Below are positions 36,450-43,180 of a DNA stretch of 62,152 nt, in pieces. The notes beneath the pieces were generated by a model. The model was given only the letters and a program-made list of their open reading frames with translations, was not told the DNA's origin and made no database searches. A program made the translations under genes and the position numbers. Source of the DNA: a virus; the IMG/VR virus record IMGVR_UViG_3300035684_000004, positions 1 to 62,152 of that record; one strand, written 5' to 3'. Position 1 is the first letter of the stretch; every line of letters begins with the position of its first letter.

Positions 36450-37676
36450 CTACCGACCCGAGGTGACGAACGCGGCGCGCTGCTGGCGGATCGCGTCGCC
36501 GGCCAGGTCGCTGATCGCTCCGTGCTTGACCGTGTCGAGGACGCGCAGCGCTTCGCGGTCGCCGGTGTCGCCGTCGAGCGCGCGGAGCATCTGCCGCTCG
36601 AGCCGGGTCGTGCCGCGAGCGGTCTGCACGTGCGTCGACCACGTGTTGAACGCCTGCACGACCCCCCACGCGGTCCCCGACCACGGCGCGACGCGCTGGT
36701 CACGCCTCCAGAGCTGGTGCAGCTCGTCCTGCTTCCCGAGCGCCATCGTCCGGGATCGGCCCTCCAACGTGGCGCCCTTGTCGTCGACGAGGGGGGCGAC
36801 GAGGTTCACGAAGGCCTCGTACTCGTGGCCCGTCACCGGCTGGCGGGTGAGGAGGTCGAGCTCGATCTGCCAGGCGTCGGCCTCCCGCTCGATCATGAGG
36901 CCGAGCGCCTGCCGGGCCTTCGTGATCTGTGCGTCGTTCAGCTGGCTGCCGGACGTGTGCCGCATCCGCCACACCGGGACGTCCTCGCCGAGCGCGCGGC
37001 GGTGGCTGTTGTCGCAGCACACGTTCGTGGCGTTCTCCCGCGCGGACGTCGCGTACGACTGGTCGTGGCTCGTGGAGATCAGCGCGTGCGGGCGGATCGT
37101 CACCCCGGACTGGTGCTCGAGCGCGTCGGTCTCGACCTGCACCCACCCGACGCGGCCGCCCTTGAGCGTGCCCGCCGAGCTGATGTACAGCGTGTCCTGG
37201 ATGATCGAGGACAGGCCGTCCAGCAGGATCTCCCCGTACTCGTGCACACGGTGCCCGGACTTCACCACGTGCAGCACCTCGCCGGTGTCCGAGCGACGCA
37301 GGCTTTTCCAGCCGGGCACGCCCTTGAAGCTGAGGGCCTCGCGCCGGTCCGGTCGGCCCTCCTCCTCGAACACCACGTACTCGTCGACGTCGGCCAGCTC
37401 GCGCTCCACGACCGACCAGTCGAAGCAGCGCCGGCGCACGACCTCCACCGGGATGCCGTGCGCGTAGAACGGGGCCTCCCCGAACTCGGGTCGCCACGCG
37501 CCCGCCCACCACGGGAACCCGTACCGGTCGGTCATCCCGACGACCACGTTCCGGGCCAGCGTGCTCGCGCCCTCCCGACTGTACTCGGCCGGGTCCGCGA
37601 TGAGCTGCGCCGCGACCCCCGCCGCGATCTGCTCCCGGGTCGGGACTACGGGCTCCGTGCTGATCTGCAGTGCCAT
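36450..37676 (-). CDS. DUF932-like (phage/plasmid-like protein TIGR03299 type)
   Basis: 408 aa from ATG 37676 (CAGCGGAGGAG upstream). AGTLKGGRVGWVQV...LISTSHDQSYATSA...NVCCDNS...WRMRHTSGS fits the DUF932 pattern. Confidence 0.72.
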   Translation of the reverse strand: MALQISTEPVVPTREQIAAGVAAQLIADPAEYSREGASTLARNVVVGMTDRYGFPWWAGAWRPEFGEAPFYAHGIPVEVVRRRCFDWSVVERELADVDEYVVFEEEGRPDRREALSFKGVPGWKSLRRSDTGEVLHVVKSGHRVHEYGEILLDGLSSIIQDTLYISSAGTLKGGRVGWVQVETDALEHQSGVTIRPHALISTSHDQSYATSARENATNVCCDNSHRRALGEDVPVWRMRHTSGSQLNDAQITKARQALGLMIEREADAWQIELDLLTRQPVTGHEYEAFVNLVAPLVDDKGATLEGRSRTMALGKQDELHQLWRRDQRVAPWSGTAWGVVQAFNTWSTHVQTARGTTRLERQMLRALDGDTGDREALRVLDTVKHGAISDLAGDAIRQQRAAFVTSGR

Positions 37677-37698
37677 GCTCGCTCCTCCGCTGAGCTGT

Positions 37699-37718
37699 CC
37701 CGCACCGGCCGGTGCGGG
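37699..37718 (-). terminator. Perfect 20-nt palindrome CCCGCACCGGCCGGTGCGGG
   Basis: Read directly. Lies between tRNA-like element 1 and the next RBS. Confidence 0.5.
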
Positions 37719-37722
37719 ATCG

Positions 37723-37779
37723 TAGGCCGCCGGGACTCGAACCCGGGTGCTGCTGACGCCCAGCGCGCCGCGCGGCCCT
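37723..37779 (-). ncRNA. tRNA-like element 1: acceptor-like stem closing a canonical T-arm, no D or anticodon arm
   Basis: Minus strand reads AGGGCCG-25 nt-CCGGG UUCGAGU CCCGG-CGGCCUA. The closing stem has 5 Watson-Crick pairs plus one G-U pair. Starts 7 nt after the stop of 37786..38088. Confidence 0.4.
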
Positions 37780-37785
37780 GGCCGA

Positions 37786-38088
37786 TCAGGAGTCGAGCTG
37801 CTGCCAGCCGCGCGGCGCACGCTGCGGGTCGGTGTCCCCGAGCTCGTCGGCCACTTCCGGCGCGACGTAGAGCAGGTTCACGCCGTGGTGGGTCAGCAGG
37901 TGCAGCGACACCGTCCGGTTGAACGTGACGAGACGGTGGCTGATCGCCCGACCGCTGATGCGCAGTGCGTCTTCGAGGGTCCAGTTGTTCGGACCGCGGG
38001 TGCCGATCCCGCGGCCTTGATTCGCCTTGTCGGTGGCGGTCAGGATGCGCGCCGCCTCGTCCGGGGTGATGTCGCGCTTGGTGCTCAC
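37786..38088 (-). CDS. Hypothetical protein (100 aa)
   Basis: GTG 38088 with CAGCGGAGG upstream. Confidence 0.65.
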   Translation of the reverse strand: MSTKRDITPDEAARILTATDKANQGRGIGTRGPNNWTLEDALRISGRAISHRLVTFNRTVSLHLLTHHGVNLLYVAPEVADELGDTDPQRAPRGWQQLDS

Positions 38089-38152
38089 GAGGACCTCCGC
38101 TGTCCTCCGGGTGGCTCCCGCCGGTTGGTAGGGAGCGCTTCTTGTTGTTCTC

Positions 38153-38194
38153 AGTCTAGTACCCGTACCAGTGCGTGTACAGGTGAACGGCACA
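38153..38194 (-). promoter_or_regulatory. Promoter P4: TGTGCC-N7-TGTACA(-35), 17-nt spacer, -10 TAGACT
   Basis: Minus-strand reading cCTGTGCCgttcaccTGTACAcgcactggtacgggtacTAGACT. Confidence 0.6.
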
Positions 38195-38215
38195 GGAGGC
38201 GCACGTTCTCGCAGG

Positions 38216-38434
38216 TCAGAACGGGGGCGCCGACAGCCGCTCGACCTCGCCCTTCAGGTGCTCGAACCCGCTCACCAGCGCCAACGCCGGCCCACCTGCC
38301 ATCACCAGCTCGCCGTCCACGTTCACGGTGGCGGCGAACCCCAGCCGCGTCAGCGCGCTCGCCGCGGCCCGCGCCATCCCCTTCTCGTCTGCCAGGTCCG
38401 GAGCGACCAGCCCTGGCTGCACGTGCGCGGTCAT
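38216..38434 (-). CDS. Hypothetical protein (72 aa)
   Basis: ATG 38434 overlaps the upstream stop (ATGA). Confidence 0.55.
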   Translation of the reverse strand: MTAHVQPGLVAPDLADEKGMARAAASALTRLGFAATVNVDGELVMAGGPALALVSGFEHLKGEVERLSAPPF

Positions 38435-38586
38435 GCCGCAACCGTCACGATCAGCTGCGAGCCGGCCGCCGTCAGCCAGAACGCCGTCGACGCCGCGGGC
38501 AGGAACCCGATCCGCTCGTACGTCCTGACCGTCGCCCAGGTCACGCTCGAGAACACCGCGAGCGTCACCGCGATCACGAACCACAT
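38431..38586 (-). CDS. Small two-helix membrane protein (51 aa)
   Basis: ATG 38586 with CAGCGGAGG upstream. Peptide MWFVIAVTLAVFSSVTW...AFWLTAAGSQLIVTV. Confidence 0.6.
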   Translation of the reverse strand: MWFVIAVTLAVFSSVTWATVRTYERIGFLPAASTAFWLTAAGSQLIVTVAA

Positions 38587-38633
38587 GGAGGCCTCCGCTG
38601 CCTCTCGTGCACCACCCTCGCGGCGGTGCTGAG

Positions 38634-38679
38634 CGCCCGGGGCGGGACTCGAACCCGCCGACGTGCTCCTGACCCGGGC
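38634..38679 (-). ncRNA. tRNA-like element 2: perfect 7-bp acceptor stem + canonical T-arm minihelix
   Basis: Minus strand reads GCCCGGG-UCAGGAGCACGUCG-GCGGG UUCGAGU CCCGC-CCCGGGC-G. Begins 8 nt after the stop of 38688..39005. Confidence 0.45.
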
Positions 38680-38687
38680 GGCCTTGC

Positions 38688-39005
38688 TCAGGCCGGGTAG
38701 AGGCAGAGCGCGTACCCGGCGTAGGGCTCCGCGAAGACGCCGATCGTGGCGAACTCGTCCAGCAGCTCCCAGCTCGCCTCGATCGCCCAGTCGTACGGTC
38801 CGCCCTCGAGCAGCACCGTGGGCGTCGGGCCGGCGCTCGGCCAGTCCCACGCGGGGTTCAGCATCGGACCCTCGGCCCGGTAGGCGGCCTGCTCGCCGGT
38901 GGGCGCCGGCCCGTCGTAGCCCATCTTCGGGCCGAGCCAGGTCGCGACCAGCGCGAGCGCCTTGTCCTTCTGGTCCTTGGTCAGCTTCTTGGTCGTGGTG
39001 CTCAT
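38688..39005 (-). CDS. Hypothetical protein (105 aa)
   Basis: ATG 39005 with CAGCGGAGG upstream. Confidence 0.65.
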   Translation of the reverse strand: MSTTTKKLTKDQKDKALALVATWLGPKMGYDGPAPTGEQAAYRAEGPMLNPAWDWPSAGPTPTVLLEGGPYDWAIEASWELLDEFATIGVFAEPYAGYALCLYPA

Positions 39006-39052
39006 GTCCGCCTCCGCTGCGGTCGTGGTGGGTGCTGCTTGATCTACTTCAA

Positions 39053-39081
39053 ACACTAGTAGACGTACTAGTGGCGTGCCA
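39053..39081 (-). promoter_or_regulatory. Promoter P6: -35 TGGCAC, 17-nt spacer, -10 TAGTGT
   Basis: Minus-strand reading cTGGCACgccactagtacgtctacTAGTGT. Confidence 0.5.
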
Positions 39082-39210
39082 GGGGAACGGGTGGGGTGAA
39101 CGGGTGATGTTTCCGCAGGTAGAACGGCCTGAGACGCACGGAGGGCGCCCCGCCCGCCGCCCCTGGTGGGGAGGAGGGAGGAGCGCCCTGCGCGCTGTGA
39201 TCGGCTGGTG

Positions 39211-40128
39211 TCAGCTGGCCTTGGCCCCGCTGCCCTTCCGCTTGTCCTTGGCCGCGTCGTACCCGCCCTCGAGCTGCTCGAGCGCGGCGTAGCTGGACTT
39301 CCCGCAGGGCGGGCCGTCGATCTGCTCGATGCGCAGCGCGCCCGCCGTGTCGCGGACCAGCAGGTCGAACACCCACAGCTTGCCGTCCTCCGCCTTGCGG
39401 AGCAGCCAGCCGACGCCGTCCTGGTCGACGTACACGTACTCGCTCTTCCCGGGCACCGTCACCCCGGACAGGTAGCCGTTCGTGCTGAACGTCGGGCCGT
39501 CCGTGATGAACCGCTTCTCGGCCAGGTCGAGCGCCTTGCCGTACGTCTCGGACGCCGCCGGCCGACTGAGGTTCTTGCGGTCGTCGTCGACCCGCGCGCG
39601 CTCGACGAGCGTACGCCGACTGGCCACCTTCGGGTCCTCCGCCTTCGGCTCGGCCCTGGGCCGGTCGCTGGCCTTCTTCGTGGCGGCGGACAGCTTGTGC
39701 TGCTGCGCCGGCTGCACCGACGTGGTCCGGGGCGCAGGGAGCTCGTCGACCTCCGCGCCGGCGAGCGCGGCGAGGTTCCCCGCCGCCTTCGCCTCCTGCT
39801 CGCCCTTCTTCGCCTTCCCGACCCCGTAGATGCTGAGGAGCATCCGCGGGGGCAGGTCGCCGTGCGCGAGCTTCGCGGCGTCGATCGTGCTGAGGCCCAC
39901 GTTGACCAGCCGGGTCGGGTTGGCGTCCACGCAGGTCCCGACGATCATCCGGGCGGCCTTGAGCGCGTCCTCGGGGGAGTCGGCGAGCATGGCGGGCAGC
40001 GCGGTCAACGCCCGCTTCACCTGGTCGGCCGCCTCGCGGGTGAGGACCTTCGCCTTCGCCTTACCGCCCGTGGCCGCCGGGGCCTCGGTCTTGCTGGCCG
40101 GGTTCCTGCTCTGGGTGCTCGTGCTCAT
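39211..40128 (-). CDS. Hypothetical Lys/Ala-rich protein (305 aa)
   Basis: ATG 40128 with CAGCGGAGG upstream. Confidence 0.7.
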   Translation of the reverse strand: MSTSTQSRNPASKTEAPAATGGKAKAKVLTREAADQVKRALTALPAMLADSPEDALKAARMIVGTCVDANPTRLVNVGLSTIDAAKLAHGDLPPRMLLSIYGVGKAKKGEQEAKAAGNLAALAGAEVDELPAPRTTSVQPAQQHKLSAATKKASDRPRAEPKAEDPKVASRRTLVERARVDDDRKNLSRPAASETYGKALDLAEKRFITDGPTFSTNGYLSGVTVPGKSEYVYVDQDGVGWLLRKAEDGKLWVFDLLVRDTAGALRIEQIDGPPCGKSSYAALEQLEGGYDAAKDKRKGSGAKAS

Positions 40129-40207
40129 CGTGACCTCCGCTGTCACTAGATGGTGGGTGTTGCTGACATTCATCAATCTATCTGCATTCGCATTCTCGTG
40201 TCATGAT

Positions 40208-40243
40208 TTCGGCCCGGGAATTGCAGAGAATTCCCGGGCCGAA
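40208..40243 (-). terminator. Perfect 15-bp hairpin closing the FtsK-like operon
   Basis: TTCGGCCCGGGAATT-gcagag-AATTCCCGGGCCGAA read directly. Confidence 0.7.
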
Positions 40244-40262
40244 CGGTGGATTTCGCGTTGGG

Positions 40263-40886
40263 TCAGATGCCTGCCGCCATGAACACGAGGGCGGCGCCTG
40301 CGCCGGCGGCCAGCAGGATCGAGACGGCGTGCGCGGTCCACCCGTCGCTGCGCAGCCCGACACCGCGGTGCGACCACCACGGCGCGAGCGGGATCCCGTG
40401 CCCCGCCTGCCCCCACACCCGCTTCCCGTGGACGAGGTCGCCGGCGAGGTGCGAGCACCAGCCGACCAGCGCAGCCCAGGCTGGCCACGTCGGGATCGAG
40501 ACGCCGGCGAGCAGCAGCCCCAGCTCGACGCTCGCGAGGACGACCGCGCCGAACGCTGCGGCTCCCCACCAGTGGGTGATGCCGCGGTGCTGGCACGGGT
40601 CGCCCCGCCGGACGGCGCGTCGCCACCTCGGGTGCCGGGTCGCGGCCCACGCGAACGCGAGCCACGCGGCGCGCAGGACGTCGGCCCACAGCGGCCGCCG
40701 CGCCCGGTGGAGCCACTGGTCGACGTCGGGCGACAGCTTCCCCCCGGCCGTCGCGGACGCGGCGAGCGCGCTGCCCAGTGCGAGACCGGCCAGGGTCGGC
40801 CCGTGCGCGCCGTGCAGCCAGCCGAGTGCCAGGCCGTAGCCGGTGCCCCACGCGGCGCCCAGCAGCTGGTGGTCGGCGCGGTTCAT
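40263..40886 (-). CDS. Membrane-bound metal-dependent hydrolase-like protein (DUF457/YdjM-like)
   Basis: 207 aa from ATG 40886 (ATGA overlap). Hydrophobic throughout, with MNRADHQLLG...ITHWWG...CSHLAGDLVHG His/Asp motifs. Confidence 0.5.
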   Translation of the reverse strand: MNRADHQLLGAAWGTGYGLALGWLHGAHGPTLAGLALGSALAASATAGGKLSPDVDQWLHRARRPLWADVLRAAWLAFAWAATRHPRWRRAVRRGDPCQHRGITHWWGAAAFGAVVLASVELGLLLAGVSIPTWPAWAALVGWCSHLAGDLVHGKRVWGQAGHGIPLAPWWSHRGVGLRSDGWTAHAVSILLAAGAGAALVFMAAGI

Positions 40887-41128
40887 GACCGCCAACCGGG
40901 GTCGTCGAGGTCGGGGTTTCCGACCAGCACAGGCGGCCACTGCTGTTCGGGGACCTGCGCGAGCAGCCCGTTCCGAATCGCGTACCTCAGGCTCGCGGCT
41001 AGCCCTGCGAGGAACTGGTCGGCGCGAGAGTCGCGCGGCCGCGACAGCTCAGCTACGTACCCGGCCGAAGCGGCGGCCTGCACGACGAGTTCGACGAGGT
41101 GCTCGTCCACCTCGTGCCCGCCGATCAC
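40883..41128 (-). CDS. Hypothetical protein (81 aa)
   Basis: GTG 41128 overlaps the upstream stop (GTGA). Confidence 0.5.
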   Translation of the reverse strand: MIGGHEVDEHLVELVVQAAASAGYVAELSRPRDSRADQFLAGLAASLRYAIRNGLLAQVPEQQWPPVLVGNPDLDDPGWRS

Positions 41129-41934
41129 GCCGTCCCCGCTTCCCGGACGAGGTGCGGGCGCCGCGCCTCGGCGAGCCGGTCGGCGCCGGCCTTCCGCGAC
41201 CCGAGGCCGAACAGGTCCTGGACGCCGACACCCGTGAAGCCGTGCCCGGCCGCGAGCTCCTCCCGCAACCACGCGACGTGGTCGTCGAACGACGTCCCCC
41301 ACGGCGCGCCGTCCCGCCACCCGCCACCGGCGGGAAGTGCCGGGTCCACTGGCGGCGGGGGTGGCGGCGTGGACTGGCGGGCCGCCACCTCCACCGCCTT
41401 CGCCTCGGCGGCCGCCACCCGAGCCGCCAGCTCCTCCAACTGCGCCGCCGCTCGCGCCGCCGCCTTCTTGGCGTCCGTCTCCGCCACGTACCGCCCCAGC
41501 TTCGCCTCCGCCAGCTCGGCGGCCGTGGCGGCGAGGTCGTCGCGGTACTGCAGGCTCGCCCGCCACCGCGACACGATCCGCCACTCCACCACGATCACGA
41601 CCAGGCCGACGCCGAGCGCCTGCCACCGCGGGGACGGCTCGTACACCGACAGCGTGACCGACGCCGCGAGCAGCGCGACGGCGCCCAGTTCGTCGGCGAG
41701 GTGCGCGCGCGGGTCGGTCCACGTCCACAGGACGTACGGCGTCAGGACCAGCGGCACCGCCCACGCCAGGACGCCGAACCCGGCGTGCTGGCCGGCGTGC
41801 AGCTCAAAGCGGCCGACGAGCACCCCGACGGCGAGCAGGGAGACGGTGAACAGTGCCGCCCGGCCCGCCGTCACCAGCTTCTGCGTCCGCGTCCTCGGCG
41901 GCTGGCCAGCGCCGGTCGTCTGCGTCGTGCTCAT
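41125..41934 (-). CDS. Multi-pass membrane protein with coiled-coil C-terminal half
   Basis: 269 aa from ATG 41934 (GGAGGA upstream). About four hydrophobic helices, then an Ala/Glu-rich coil and a PPPPPP linker. Confidence 0.7.
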   Translation of the reverse strand: MSTTQTTGAGQPPRTRTQKLVTAGRAALFTVSLLAVGVLVGRFELHAGQHAGFGVLAWAVPLVLTPYVLWTWTDPRAHLADELGAVALLAASVTLSVYEPSPRWQALGVGLVVIVVEWRIVSRWRASLQYRDDLAATAAELAEAKLGRYVAETDAKKAAARAAAQLEELAARVAAAEAKAVEVAARQSTPPPPPPVDPALPAGGGWRDGAPWGTSFDDHVAWLREELAAGHGFTGVGVQDLFGLGSRKAGADRLAEARRPHLVREAGTA

Positions 41935-42427
41935 CGTCCTCGTCCTCCGTTGCGTCGATCGGGGCTGTCGACCCGGTGCCAGCCTGGCCCGACAGGTCTT
42001 CGGTGGGGTGCTCCTCACGGCGGGGCGCCGGCGGCGGGAGCGGCTCGTCGTCGTCCTCGAACAGGAACGCGTCGAGCTGGTCGTTGCGGCGGCCGCGCAC
42101 CACCGCCACCCCGGCGGCCGCCACGAGGGCGAGGCCCGCCACGGCGAGCACCGCCAGCCACGGGACGCCGCCACCCTGCTCGGTGGCCGGAGCCGCCACG
42201 GGACCGGTGGCGGCCGGTGGCGGGGCGCCGGTGTCCGCTGCCACCGCGACCGCCACCGCGACCACCCCGGCCGCCACCAGCCAGCGCAGCACCGGCCAGG
42301 CGTGCACGAGGTACGGGTGGCGGCGGCCCAGCTCGCCGGCGGCCGCCATCCGGGTGATGCCGTTGACCCTCCGAGTCGCCAGGAGCAGCGCGAGCAGCAC
42401 CAGCGCGACGACGATGACCCAGCGCAT
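41804..42427 (-). CDS. Membrane protein (three hydrophobic segments, acidic tail)
   Basis: 207 aa. ATG 42427 begins MRWVIVVALVLLALLLA. The last ~40 codons overlap the next gene, so the 3' end is uncertain. Confidence 0.6.
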   Translation of the reverse strand: MRWVIVVALVLLALLLATRRVNGITRMAAAGELGRRHPYLVHAWPVLRWLVAAGVVAVAVAVAADTGAPPPAATGPVAAPATEQGGGVPWLAVLAVAGLALVAAAGVAVVRGRRNDQLDAFLFEDDDEPLPPPAPRREEHPTEDLSGQAGTGSTAPIDATEDEDDEHDADDRRWPAAEDADAEAGDGGPGGTVHRLPARRRGARRPL

Positions 42428-42469
42428 GTGCGCCTCCTCTGCTGTGCCGCCCGGGGGCCGGGCGGGCTC

Positions 42470-43009
42470 CTACTGCGCGGTGAACGCGCCGCCGTGCTTC
42501 TGCCGGCGCTTCGCCGACAGGATCGTCTGGTTCACCTCGGCGCGGACCTTCGCCGCGCTCGCGGCCCGCTTCGCGACTGTCGCCTCCGCAGCGGCCAGCT
42601 TCACGTGCGCCCGGCGGAGCCGGAACGACGCGAGCGCCTTCTGGCTCGTGGTGAGCTGGTCCGCCCGCTTGATCGACCGGCGGAGCAGCGCCTCGGCCTC
42701 GAGGATCGCCGCCCGGCCCGCGAGGGCGTGCTTCGCGATCCGCACGAGGTACGCCCGGTGCGCGGCGGGGTTCCCGATCCCGGCGTAGGCCTGCGCGGGG
42801 TGCGCGCGCGCGTTCCCGGTCGAGCTCTCCCCGATCGCGGTGAACGTGCCCGTGGACTGCCCGGTCCCGACGGGCGGCGTGCCCCACGCGGCCTCAGCGG
42901 CCGGCATCACGTCGGCTGCAGGCATCGGAAGGGTGGGCCGCGGCGAGCGAGGGGCGCGCGGCGGACGCGGCGTGCGGGGTGGGGTGGTCGCTGGCTGGCT
43001 CACGGTCAC
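42470..43009 (-). CDS. Hypothetical protein (Pro-rich N-terminus, helical basic C-terminus)
   Basis: 179 aa. First ORF downstream of the repeat array. Confidence 0.6.
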   Translation of the reverse strand: MTVSQPATTPPRTPRPPRAPRSPRPTLPMPAADVMPAAEAAWGTPPVGTGQSTGTFTAIGESSTGNARAHPAQAYAGIGNPAAHRAYLVRIAKHALAGRAAILEAEALLRRSIKRADQLTTSQKALASFRLRRAHVKLAAAEATVAKRAASAAKVRAEVNQTILSAKRRQKHGGAFTAQ

Positions 43010-43018
43010 TCTCCGTAC

Positions 43019-43171
43019 TTGTCAGGTGGTCTTGTCAGGTGCGATGTCAGGTCCCGTTACGCCGGACAACGAGCGGTTGTCAGGTGCGATGTCAGGCCGC
43101 TTGTCAGGTGCCTTGTCCGGTCCGACGGCTTAGGGAGAGCGCCGACAACCGCCGCCGCCTCTTGTCCGTCC
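43019..43171. repeat. Array of 8 direct copies of TTGTCAGGTG-type 10-mers, plus an inverted copy
   Basis: Copies start at 43019, 43032, 43044, 43077, 43089, 43101, 43113 and 43162. An inverted TTGTCCGG lies at 43062..43069. Phasing is 12-13 bp. The 20-mer TTGTCAGGTGCGATGTCAGG occurs twice. Confidence 0.92.
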
Positions 43172-43180
43172 GGGCACACG

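Noticed and set aside
37723-38679. The two UUCGAGU-containing elements as ordinary tRNA genes.
   Set aside because: Hand folding finds no D arm or anticodon arm. The 5' acceptor strand lies only 14-25 nt before the T-stem instead of ~48 nt. Only the element at 49796..49867 folds as a complete cloverleaf.
37723-38679. The same elements as attP cores (tRNA 3' halves) of an integrating phage.
   Set aside because: No integrase or excision module is recognisable nearby or anywhere else in the window. I could not compare them with host tRNAs, so this remains an alternative and is not asserted.
40129-40200. TTGATG...TAGTGA as a promoter for 39211..40128.
   Set aside because: The spacing is poor (about 20 nt). 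The putative -10 also lies only ~14 nt from the start codon and overlaps the RBS motif.
43019-43171. Possible CRISPR array.
   Set aside because: The repeats are only 10 bp long with 2-3 bp between neighbours, there are no spacer-sized unique segments, and no cas genes are present.
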